64,000 nt of DNA. Source: Planctomycetota bacterium (lineage in GTDB: Bacteria; Planctomycetota; JAJSAM01; JAJVHW01). The position numbers were made by a program, and so were the translations under genes. A model generated the notes under the pieces. The model saw nothing but the letters and a program-made list of their open reading frames with translations, did no database searches and was not told the origin of the DNA. Below are positions 47,506 to 56,012 of the stretch, in pieces. Within the stretch, counting starts at the first letter, position 1. Every line of letters starts with the position of its first letter. The DNA is taken from the NCBI GenBank assembly GCA_965248445.1, contig CBDFJG010000002.1, positions 736,001-800,000 on the forward strand, in the 5' to 3' direction.

Positions 47506-49205
47506 TTAGAAGCCGCCCATCCCTCCCATGCCGCCCATTCCGCCCATGCCACCCATGCCGCCACCCATGCCACCCATGTCGCCGCCCGGTCCGGCGCCGC
47601 CGGCGGGCTTCTTCTCGGGGATCTCGGTGATCACGGCCTCGGTGGTGAGCAAGAGAGTGCTGACGCTCGCGGCGTTCTGGAGCGCGGCGCGGACGACCTT
47701 GCGCGGGTCGATGACGCCCATGTCGACGAGATCGCCGTACGACTCGGTCGCCGCGTTGTATCCGTAGCGCTTGCCGCGGGCGCCGCGGACGTTCTCGACG
47801 ACGATCGAACCGTCAACACCCGCGTTGCTCGCGATCTGACGGATCGGTGCCTCGATGGCGCGACGCACGATGCCGATACCGACACGCGTGTCCTCGTCCT
47901 TGCAGTCGGCTTCGACCTTCTCGAGCATCTTCTGCGCGCGCAGCAGCGCGGTGCCGCCGCCGGGCAGGATGCCCTCTTCGAGGGCCGCCTTCGTGGCGTC
48001 GCGCGCGTCCTCGACGCGCATCTTGCGCTCCTTCATCTCGACCTCGGTGGCTGCGCCGACGTTGATCTGCGCGACACCGCCGGCGAGCTTGGCAAGACGC
48101 TCCTGGAGCTTCTCGCGGTCGTAGTCCGACTTCGTGTCCTCGAGCTCGCGCGTGATCTGCTGGACGCGCGACTTGATGTCGCCGGCCTTGCCGCCGCCCT
48201 CGACGATCGTCGTGTCGTCCTTGCTGATGATCACCTTCTTGACGGTGCCCAGGTCCTTCAGCTCGACGTTCTCGAGCTGCACGCCCAGGTCCTCGAACAA
48301 CGCCGTGCCACCGGTCAGGATCGCGATGTCCTGCATCATCGCCTTGCGGCGGTCACCGAAGCCCGGTGCCTTGACGGCGCAGGCGTTCAGCGTGCCGCGC
48401 AAGCAGTTGACGACCAGCGTCGCAAGCGCCTCGCCCTCGACGTCCTCGGCGAGGATCAGCAGCGGGCGGCCCGCCTTCGCGATCTTCTCGAGCAGCGGGA
48501 GCAAGTCCTTGACGGAGCTGACCTTCTTCTCGTGGACGAGCACGAACGCGTTCTCGAGCACGCACTCCATGTCCTGCGGCTTGTTGACGAAGTGGGGCGA
48601 GAGCCAGCCCTTGTCGAACTGCATGCCCTCCTTCCACTCCACTTCGGTCGTGAGACCGCGGCCCTCTTCGACCGTCACGACGCCGTTCTGCCCCACCCTG
48701 GTGATGGCCTCGGCGATCTTGGCACCGATCTCCGGGTCGTTGTTGGCGGCGATGGCGGCGACGTGCGCGATCTGCGTCTCGTCGGTCGCACTCACCTTGA
48801 TCGAGTCCTTGCCGAGCTGCTCGACGATCGACTCGACGGCGATCTCGATGCCGCGCTTGATCCCGAGCGGCGAAGCGCCCGCGGCGACGTTCTTCAGACC
48901 CTCGTCGAAGATCGCCTCGGCGAGCACGACGGCGGTCGTGGTCCCGTCACCCGCAACGTCGGCGGTCTTGGTGGCGACCTCGCGGACCATCGTCGCTCCG
49001 ATGTTCTCGTAGCGGTCCTTGAGCTCGACCTCCTTGGCCACCGTGGCGCCGTCCTTGGTCACCTGCGGGGCGCCGAACGCCTTCTCGATGAGCACGTTCC
49101 GGCCGCGGGGGCCGAGCGTCACCTTGACGGCGCGGGCCAGCGCCTTGACACCCCGGCGGGTGTTCTCGCGGCTTCCTGACTGAAGGCAATCCTCTTGGCG
49201 GTCAT
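47506..49205 (-). CDS. groEL: Chaperonin GroEL with an apparent 1-nt deletion near codon 12 (sequence error or pseudogene)
   Basis: [12 protein letters not shown] (ATG 49205) is out of frame with [26 protein letters not shown]...; [20 protein letters not shown] tail. Confidence 0.95.
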
Positions 49206-49277
49206 GGTCGTTCCTCTGTCCTTGGTCGCGTTGGTTCGCCCAGATGAAGGGCGCTCTGAGAAGGGGGGAGCAGGCAG

Positions 49278-49574
49278 CTAGTCGACGATCGCGAGGATGT
49301 CGTCCTCGCCGAGCACCAGCAGTTCCTCGCCCATCACCTTGATCTCGGTGCCGGCGTATGAACTGAAGATGACCCGGTCACCCTTGCTCACCTGGAACTG
49401 CGAGCGCTCGCCGCTCTTGAGCAGGCGCCCGTTGCCGACGGCGACGATGCGTCCCTCCTTCGGCTTCTCCTTGGCGTTGTCGGGCAGCACGATGCCGCCT
49501 GCCGTCTTGCTCTCGGCCTCGAGGCGCTTCACGAGCACCTTGTCGTTGATCGGACGGATCTTCGTCTTCGCCAT
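49278..49574 (-). CDS. groES: Co-chaperonin GroES
   Basis: [44 protein letters not shown]. Confidence 0.96.
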   Translation of the reverse strand: MAKTKIRPINDKVLVKRLEAESKTAGGIVLPDNAKEKPKEGRIVAVGNGRLLKSGERSQFQVSKGDRVIFSSYAGTEIKVMGEELLVLGEDDILAIVD

Positions 49575-49704
49575 GGTCGGTCGGTCTCCTGCGACGTCTT
49601 CGTGCGACTGGCCGGCTGGCGGCGTCTGCGCGTCTTCCAACTGACGGCCCTCACAGCCTGCACGACGACGTGCGGGCGTACGGAGACCGTTCCCGCCAGC
49701 AGAT

Positions 49705-49721
49705 CGCAATGCCGGTACCAA
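49705..49721 (-). promoter_or_regulatory. Sigma54-type -24/-12 promoter upstream of groES
   Basis: Minus strand TTGGTACCGGCATTGCG = GG-N10-GC, close to the TGGCAC-N5-TTGC consensus. Confidence 0.6.
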
Positions 49722-49888
49722 GCCGCCGGCTACCCGCGGCTTCGCGCCTAACCCTCTTCCAGAAAAGGGCTTGAAGCACCGGCCCAGCCCGCTCACCAGG
49801 CGTGCCACGTTGGCAGACACGCATCCCGCCGATCACGCTGCTGTCAGGCTGACAGCCCGGTCGGGGAGCGGGGATCGCAATTGCGCAT

Positions 49889-49917
49889 TGGACAAGGATT
49901 ATCGCCTTCGATATTTT
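49889..49917 (+). promoter_or_regulatory. Sigma70-like padR promoter overlapping the inverted repeat TATCG-N4-CGATA
   Basis: TGGACA-N17-TATTTT; inverted repeat at 49900-49913. Confidence 0.5.
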
Positions 49918-49923
49918 AAGGAG

Positions 49924-50316
49924 ATGAGCGATGTGGCCGGGAGCACCGGTCGTCTGGAACGGTCTCCCATCTACCGAGGGATGGTCCGCGGCCTGCTGCC
50001 CTACTACTTGCTGTTCCTGCTGGCCCAGGAGCCGGCGTACGGGACGCGGCTGATCGAGCTCATCGGGGAGGCGACCGGCGGCGACTGGCGACCGAGTCCC
50101 GGGTCCGTCTACCCGCTCCTGCGGCGGTTCGAGGACAAGGGCCACGTGAAGGGTGAGTACCGCCGGGGGTCCGCCGCGGCGCAGCGGGTCTACGAGATCA
50201 CGCCCGAGGGCCGCGCGGCGATGGCGGCGATCGAGAAGGACCTGATGGCCGACCTCGATGCGGCGCGCCAGCTGATCGACCGCCACGTCCGCTGGTTCAA
50301 GAGCGCGGCGAGGTAA
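49924..50316 (+). CDS. PadR-family transcriptional regulator
   Basis: LLAQEPAYG..LI..WRPSPGSVYPLLRRFEDKG..RVYEITPEGR. Confidence 0.9.
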   Translation: MSDVAGSTGRLERSPIYRGMVRGLLPYYLLFLLAQEPAYGTRLIELIGEATGGDWRPSPGSVYPLLRRFEDKGHVKGEYRRGSAAAQRVYEITPEGRAAMAAIEKDLMADLDAARQLIDRHVRWFKSAAR

Positions 50317-50340
50317 CGCCCAGGACGCCCCACGCGGACG

Positions 50341-51840
50341 GTAACCGTTCACCCCTTCGTCGCGAGCCAGGATCCAGATCGTTCGGCCATCGGTCGATCA
50401 AGATGTTGTGGGCGAGCGGCAGGACGAGGATCTGCGGGCGATGGTCGAGGGCCTTCTGGCCTGGATCGAGGAGCTGGAGCGTCGCGAAGCGAAGCATCTG
50501 CGCCGCATCGACGAGCTCGAGTCGCGTCTGAAGCGTGACTCCCGCAACAGCTCGAGGCCTCCGTCGTCGGACCCGGCGTGGTCCAAGCGCCGTCGCGGCC
50601 GAAGGCCGCGTAGCGGTCGCAAGCAGGGCGGACAGCCGGGCCATGAGGGCACGGCGCGCGAGCTGGTGGATCCGTCCAACGTCGATGAGACCAAGGAGCA
50701 CCGTCCCGACCTCTGCGACGCGTGCGGACACGACGATCTCGAGCAGGGCATCGGCGATCCGTACCGGCACCAGGTGACGGTGCTCCCGCGCGTGCTCGTC
50801 ACGGTGCGGGAGCACCGGCTGCACAAGGCGCGGTGCCGGCGCTGTCGTGCGGTCACGACGGCGGTCCTGCCCGATGGCGTGCCGACCGGGGCCTTCGGTC
50901 CGCGGCTGACCACACTTGCCGGCGCGCTGCGCGGCGTGTACCGCGTGAGCGTGCGGGAGACGCAGCGGCTGCTCGGTGAGATCTTCGGTGTGAAGATGTC
51001 GCTGGGCAAGATCAGCGACTGTGAGCGTCGGCTCAGTGACGCTCTGCACTCGTCGTACCTCGAAGCCCTCGGGGCAGTCCGCACGTCGCTGCGAGCCAAC
51101 GTGGACGAGACGTCGTGGAAGGAACGGGGCCGGGTGTGCTGGCTGTGGGCGGCGGAGAGCGAGCACGCCACAGCCTTCGGGATCGATCGCCGCCGCAGTG
51201 CCAAGGCGAAAGGGCGGCTGATCGGGCGGCGCTTCGGTGGCACGGTGATCAGCGACCGGATGGGTGCCTACGAGTCACACCCACTTGCCCGCCGCCAGCT
51301 CTGCTGGGCGCACATCGAGCGCGCCTTCCGTGCGCTGGCCGAAGGCCCGCGAGGACATCGCCGCTTCGGCAACAAGGGCGTCATGATCGCGCAGTCGGTC
51401 ATGCGCAGCTACCGGCTCTTCGGTGAGCACGGCGACCGTGACCGGCTGCAAGGCGAAGCCGCTGTGCTGCGCGGACGGCTCGAGCGACTGATCGCGAACG
51501 ACGACTCGGCTCTGGCCAACCATCTGCGCCCCCGCGTGGTCGCCCTCTTCACCTATGCGCGGACCCAGGACGTGAGTCCGACGAACAACGCCGCCGAGCG
51601 CGCGGTCCGCAAAGCGGTGCTCTGGCGCAAGGGCTCCTTCGGAAGCCAGTCCGCTCGCGGACTCCGCTTCGCCGAGCGCGTGTTGACCGCCGCGGCCACG
51701 CTGCGACGCCGTGGCGACCAAGTCTTCGACTTCCTCGCCGACTCGGTCGCCGCGCACCTCACCGGCGCCGACCCGCCCGTCATGGTCCCGCTGCCCCTCG
51801 CACGCTGAGGCTCACACGCTGTCAAGGGGTGAACGGTTAC
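50341..51840 (+). mobile_element. IS66-family insertion sequence (single-ORF type), 1500 bp
   Basis: Perfect 17-bp terminal inverted repeats GTAACCGTTCACCCCTT (50341-50357) and AAGGGGTGAACGGTTAC (51824-51840) flank the transposase. Confidence 0.93.
50408..51808 (+). CDS. IS66 transposase
   Basis: SRNSSRPPSSD, GGQPGHEG, CxxC zinc ribbons, NVDETSW, ISDR, QLCWAH, PTNNAAERAVR..RKGSFGSQS. Confidence 0.93.
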   Translation: MGERQDEDLRAMVEGLLAWIEELERREAKHLRRIDELESRLKRDSRNSSRPPSSDPAWSKRRRGRRPRSGRKQGGQPGHEGTARELVDPSNVDETKEHRPDLCDACGHDDLEQGIGDPYRHQVTVLPRVLVTVREHRLHKARCRRCRAVTTAVLPDGVPTGAFGPRLTTLAGALRGVYRVSVRETQRLLGEIFGVKMSLGKISDCERRLSDALHSSYLEALGAVRTSLRANVDETSWKERGRVCWLWAAESEHATAFGIDRRRSAKAKGRLIGRRFGGTVISDRMGAYESHPLARRQLCWAHIERAFRALAEGPRGHRRFGNKGVMIAQSVMRSYRLFGEHGDRDRLQGEAAVLRGRLERLIANDDSALANHLRPRVVALFTYARTQDVSPTNNAAERAVRKAVLWRKGSFGSQSARGLRFAERVLTAAATLRRRGDQVFDFLADSVAAHLTGADPPVMVPLPLAR

Positions 51841-51909
51841 TCGCGGGGCAGGGGCCGTGAGCTCGCCGGCGCACTCGCCAGGTTCCCGCCCACTCTCGAT
51901 CTCCGCCAT
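51841..51909 (-). pseudogene. 23-codon 5' gene fragment coupled to the recombinase and truncated by IS66
   Basis: ATG overlaps the recombinase TGA (TGATG), GGAGG lies upstream; MAEIESGREPGECAGELTAPAPR runs into the IS right end. Confidence 0.45.
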
Positions 51910-52838
51910 CACGCCACCTCCCCGCAGACCCGCCGGGCAACCTCGCCGGCCAGATCCTTCCGGTTGTCGTCGTAGACCAGGACCGTTCGGACGTCGGCGT
52001 GCCGACTGAACAACCGAACGGCCCGCACGTCGCCGTCCATCACGTCGCACGCACGTGTGATCGCGGCATGCCGCAGCTGGTGCGGCGACAGGTCGGGAAT
52101 GCCTGAGGCGCGCCCAGCGGCCGCGACGACGCGCGCGACCTGCCGCGGCGTGATCCCGGTACGCGCCCGCGATCCTCGCGTGAACGAGAGGAAGAGCGGA
52201 CCCGGCGCGGCGCCACGCTCGCGCAGCCACGCGCGAAGCACGCTCACCGTGCCGGGCGCGATCGTCAACCACTCCCGCTCGTGTCGCCCCTTGCCGAGCA
52301 ACGCGACGCGCTCCCCGACCAGGTCGACGTCCTGGAGGCGCAGTCGCGCGACCTCCGTTCTGCGCAGCCCCCGGTCGAGCATCAGGCGAACAACCGCACG
52401 ATCACGCATCTCCTTCGGGGAGCGCGCTCGCTCGAGGAATGCGAGGATCTGTGACACCGACTTCTCATCAGGCCCACGGGTGTCGCGGTAGGTCTGCGCG
52501 CGGATCCCGCTGACGTCGACCTGCCACTGGATCGCTCCACAGAGCCGCGCGAAGCGCACGAGCGAGCGAAGCGCGGTCACCCGGGCGTTGACGGAGTTCG
52601 GCGCCAGCCCGGCGGCGAGCATCTCGGATCGCCACGCCAGCGCGAGTCGGTTCGCGAACCCAGGCCCATGGCCGAGGAGCGCCGCTGCAGCCGCCTGAGG
52701 GGACTCGACGCCGAGGTAGGCAGCGAGCGCGCGCATCGACGACGCGTACCCGCGCCGCGTGAACTCACTCTTCGAGCAGAGGAACTCATCGAGCAGTGCC
52801 GAGGGCTCGAGGTCGACGGCGAGGGGGGCGAGGTTCAT
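51909..52838 (-). CDS. Tyrosine recombinase (XerC/D-like integrase)
   Basis: SAM-like N-domain; catalytic residues GLRRTEV, GKG, PHQLRH, SRHAD, TVLVYDD. Confidence 0.9.
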   Translation of the reverse strand: MNLAPLAVDLEPSALLDEFLCSKSEFTRRGYASSMRALAAYLGVESPQAAAAALLGHGPGFANRLALAWRSEMLAAGLAPNSVNARVTALRSLVRFARLCGAIQWQVDVSGIRAQTYRDTRGPDEKSVSQILAFLERARSPKEMRDRAVVRLMLDRGLRRTEVARLRLQDVDLVGERVALLGKGRHEREWLTIAPGTVSVLRAWLRERGAAPGPLFLSFTRGSRARTGITPRQVARVVAAAGRASGIPDLSPHQLRHAAITRACDVMDGDVRAVRLFSRHADVRTVLVYDDNRKDLAGEVARRVCGEVA

Positions 52839-53031
52839 GTCTCCGCTCCATGCTCCGCGGGGGCGGCGCGCGGCCAAGCGGAGTGTCCGCCGTTTCCCCC
52901 AGTCGGGTCAGGCCGCGCGCAGAGAGATCCATGGTGGACCACGGGCCCGTGCTCTTCACGGGCTCCGACAACGTGGTGGTGGCCGTACCTTGACGCCCAT
53001 GCGGATAGTAAACCACGCTTATCGGGTCACG

Positions 53032-53328
53032 TCAACCGTCGGAGCGGCGTTCTTGTCCGGCGGAGTAGCCGGCCTGGTAGGCGGGGCGATCGTAGTCCGG
53101 CCGGCCCACGGCTCCCTCTTCGGGGGATTCGGCGACCTGGTCAGCGAGCCCGTGCTTGCGGCCCCTCTGGTAGTCCCGCTGGTAGGGCCTTCGCGCCGCG
53201 TAGCGATCTCGGGGCTTGGCCGCCGCTTTGCGCAGCAGCTCCTCGAGGGCCTCAAGGTGGTGCTCACCGAGCCGTCGCTCGCGGAGCCACTGTCGCGCCA
53301 GTCGCCGGAATCGATCACTCACAATCAA
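53032..53328 (-). CDS. Small phage hypothetical protein
   Basis: 98 aa with YQRGRKHG / YQAGYSAG segments; co-oriented with the recombinase. Confidence 0.45.
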   Translation of the reverse strand: MIVSDRFRRLARQWLRERRLGEHHLEALEELLRKAAAKPRDRYAARRPYQRDYQRGRKHGLADQVAESPEEGAVGRPDYDRPAYQAGYSAGQERRSDG

Positions 53329-53417
53329 CTTAGTGTATCAGCGGTCGGCGACACCCCCACCGCTTGCAGGCTGCAAGTCGTCCAGCGGCCGCAGTCGAGG
53401 GACGCACGCTCACGGGC

Positions 53418-53774
53418 GTGGACGCACTCCAGCCCTACCGCGACGCCGAACGCGACGAGGACCTCACGGTCCTGCTCGGCAGTCAGGACGCCGCGCGGCT
53501 CTGCAGCGTGTGGCGCCACCTGGCCGCGCCGTGGGCGCCGCCGGACGGTGAGCAGCCCGAGGACCTCGGCGAGCGGTGGCGCTGGCTCTGGGGCAACGTC
53601 TTCGTGGACCCGACGACCCTCGCGCGCACGTCCGGCGTCGCGCTTGTTCGGGTGAGCCGGCTCTTCGGAGCGCTCCGTCGCATGCGGCTGATCTACCCGG
53701 ACGGGTCCCTCCACGACGGCGTCCGCAAGTACTTGGCGTCCCGCGCGCGCCAGCAGATCGGAGACTCGTCGTGA
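53418..53774 (+). CDS. Hypothetical protein, possible winged-helix DNA-binding domain
   Basis: DPTTLARTSGVALVRVSRLFGALRRMRLIYPDG; stop overlaps the next GTG. Confidence 0.5.
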   Translation: MDALQPYRDAERDEDLTVLLGSQDAARLCSVWRHLAAPWAPPDGEQPEDLGERWRWLWGNVFVDPTTLARTSGVALVRVSRLFGALRRMRLIYPDGSLHDGVRKYLASRARQQIGDSS

Positions 53775-54376
53775 GCTTTCCCGAAGACCGACCCGCCAAG
53801 GGCGCGAGCGAGCACGAGTTCCACTCGATCCGCGCAAGCGACATGCGCGCTTACGTCACGTATCTCGGCCTCTGCGAGCAACTCGGCCGCGACCCCGGCC
53901 TTGAGGAGTGCCTGCAGGTGGTCCAGTGCTACAGCCGATTCAGCCACGTCACGAAGATCGTCCCGGACGGGCAGATGCAGGGCAACCAGGGCGCCATCTC
54001 CCGCAAGAGCGTGCGGCGGATCGTGCGCCGGATGCTCAGTCGCGTGACGGAGCACCTAGGGGACACAGAGCGCCTACAGCAGCGAAGGGGCCGGATCATC
54101 GATCTCGCGCACGGCCTCGCGCAGCAGCTCGTCGCGATCGACGGCGCGTACGACGACAACCCCAAGCTGTTCAAGGAGAAGGTCAAGGCGTGCACGGACC
54201 TCCTCCGCGTGTGCGGCGCCTCACTCGAGGAGAAGGGCGGCGGCGCGAAGGTCACGGTGAACAACCACCTCGGCGCCGCGCTCCCTCCCGAGGTGCAGGA
54301 AGAGCTCGAGGCGCTCCGCCAGGAGAACTACCAGCTCAAGCAGCGGAACCGTCTGGCGGCCGACTCGCTGAACTGA
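53771..54376 (+). CDS. Hypothetical protein at the terminase small-subunit position
   Basis: Directly upstream of TerL; helical with a KVTVNNH C-terminal strand; positional call only. Confidence 0.5.
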   Translation: MSFPEDRPAKGASEHEFHSIRASDMRAYVTYLGLCEQLGRDPGLEECLQVVQCYSRFSHVTKIVPDGQMQGNQGAISRKSVRRIVRRMLSRVTEHLGDTERLQQRRGRIIDLAHGLAQQLVAIDGAYDDNPKLFKEKVKACTDLLRVCGASLEEKGGGAKVTVNNHLGAALPPEVQEELEALRQENYQLKQRNRLAADSLN

Positions 54377-54377
54377 C

Positions 54378-56009
54378 GTGGCTGTTCCGAGAAGCGTCGA
54401 CCTGCGCAACGGCCAGTCCGTCGACGCGTGGCAGAACAGGCACGCCAACCTGATCACCGAGCAGGGCGAGAAGCTCCCGTTCATCGACAACTCGGCGCAG
54501 CGCATCCTCGCCACCAAGCTCGCCGCGTTCGCCGAGAGGGCGCGTGTCGAACGCCGCCAGCAGCGCAGCCTGATCATCAAGCCGCGGCGCGCAGGGTTCA
54601 CGTCCAAGTTGCTCGCGCGTCTCGTGATCCGCGCGTGCACCGAGTTCCGGCGGCGCTTCCTGTACGTGAACATCAACGAGAAGAAGTGCAAGGAGGCCAT
54701 CCGGGACATCGGCCGCCCGGTCTGCGAGCACCTGCCCGCGTACGCGCGGCCCACGCTTCGCAACGCCGAGGCGCTGCTCGAGCTGGCGTTCGTCGAGACC
54801 GAGAGCCGGGTGCTCACCGAGGTCGCGTCGGTGGCTGGCGCCGGCCGCGGCGGCGGCTACTCCGAGGGCCTGTGGGATGAGCCGCCCCGCATCAAAGAGC
54901 GAATGCCGACGCTCGACGACCAGCTGCGCTACCTGCGCGGCGCGTTGCTCCCTGCCTTCAAGCACGGCCCCTTCCACATGCTGTTCACGCCCGACGGCGT
55001 GAGCGACATCACGTACTTCCTGTGGCACGAGAGCAAGCGGGGCGGCAACGACTGGGACCGGGTCCTGATCACGCACTGGGAGTGCGACGACACCCTGATC
55101 ACGGACCTCACCACCGAGCAGTTCGAGGAGATCCGGGACACGCTCACCGATGAGGAGACCCACCTCCTCGATCTGAACGGAACCCAGGGCTCCGAGCGCA
55201 TCTGGCGCATCGCGTGGCGGCGCCGACAGATGCGCGAGTCCGGCAAGGAATTCCCCCAGGAGTACCCCGAGGACGACGTCAGCTGCTGGATCGCGCCCGG
55301 CACCACGCTCTTCGAGGCCGACGACCTGACGCATCAAGCGCAAGTCGCGCGCGCCCCGATCGCGGCCGGCAGCGACCTCGCTGGCCAGGATGACAAGTGG
55401 GCGCCGAGACGCGACGGGCAGATCCTGTACTACCTGCCGCCCAGCCCGGACCACGAGTACCTGGTCGTCACCGACTTCGGCGTCGGCCGCGGGACCGGCG
55501 ACCCCTCGATGAGCCTCGTGGGCGATCTCGACACGGGTGAGATCGTCGCCGAGTTCTACGGGTTCTACGATCCGCGCCTCTTCACGCGGCTGACCATCGA
55601 GCACCTCTGCCGGCCCTACGAGGAGGCCCTGTGGGCGCCCGAGTCGAACGTCGGTCCGGGTCGCGGGATGCCCGAGTACGCGATGCAGGACCTGGAGTAC
55701 GTGCGGCTCTACCGACACGTGCGCTGGGAGGGCGTGAAGCCCGTGTGGGCGAACGAGTGGGGCTGGCCGACGGACCCCGGGACGCGACCCAAGATGCTGG
55801 ACTGCGCGTACGACGCGCTGCGCGACAGGTCCGTCCAGGTGAACTCCGAACGCGTCCTTGCAGACCTCCAGGCATTCAAGCTCCGGCAGCGCCACGGTAG
55901 GGCTGACCGCTACGAGGCGGAGCCGGGAGCGCACGACGAGGGCGCGGTCTGCCTCGGCATGTTCACGTACATCCGGGAACGCGGCCAGGTCCGCATCGGG
56001 ATCGGATAG
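54378..56009 (+). CDS. terL: Terminase large subunit
   Basis: LIIKPRRAGFTS (variant Walker A), GLWDEP Walker B, FPQEYP, nuclease VTDFGVG..D, APESN, GAHDE. Confidence 0.85.
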   Translation: MAVPRSVDLRNGQSVDAWQNRHANLITEQGEKLPFIDNSAQRILATKLAAFAERARVERRQQRSLIIKPRRAGFTSKLLARLVIRACTEFRRRFLYVNINEKKCKEAIRDIGRPVCEHLPAYARPTLRNAEALLELAFVETESRVLTEVASVAGAGRGGGYSEGLWDEPPRIKERMPTLDDQLRYLRGALLPAFKHGPFHMLFTPDGVSDITYFLWHESKRGGNDWDRVLITHWECDDTLITDLTTEQFEEIRDTLTDEETHLLDLNGTQGSERIWRIAWRRRQMRESGKEFPQEYPEDDVSCWIAPGTTLFEADDLTHQAQVARAPIAAGSDLAGQDDKWAPRRDGQILYYLPPSPDHEYLVVTDFGVGRGTGDPSMSLVGDLDTGEIVAEFYGFYDPRLFTRLTIEHLCRPYEEALWAPESNVGPGRGMPEYAMQDLEYVRLYRHVRWEGVKPVWANEWGWPTDPGTRPKMLDCAYDALRDRSVQVNSERVLADLQAFKLRQRHGRADRYEAEPGAHDEGAVCLGMFTYIRERGQVRIGIG

Positions 56010-56012
56010 CCC

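Noticed and set aside
47512..47580. 9-bp-period repeats (CCGCCCATG-like)
   Set aside because: They encode the ordinary GGM tail of GroEL.
527..49179. Many long antisense or alternate-frame ORFs (e.g. 527-2305-, 9292-11367+, 29794-31716+, 44075-46456+, 47467-49179+)
   Set aside because: They shadow well-supported genes, are Arg/Gly/Pro-rich and lack motifs, as expected in high-GC DNA.
49790..49810. Second TGGCAC sigma54-like motif on the minus strand
   Set aside because: It lacks the -12 TTGC at the required spacing.
51880..51908. GGTTCCCGCCCACTCTCGATCTCCGCCA as a tRNA 3'-end att remnant
   Set aside because: No valid T-arm; better explained as the reverse complement of a coupled ORF start.
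53019..53318. Alternative minus-strand ORF of 99 aa
   Set aside because: Low-complexity S/T/P/R composition; the overlapping 53032-53328 frame looks more protein-like.
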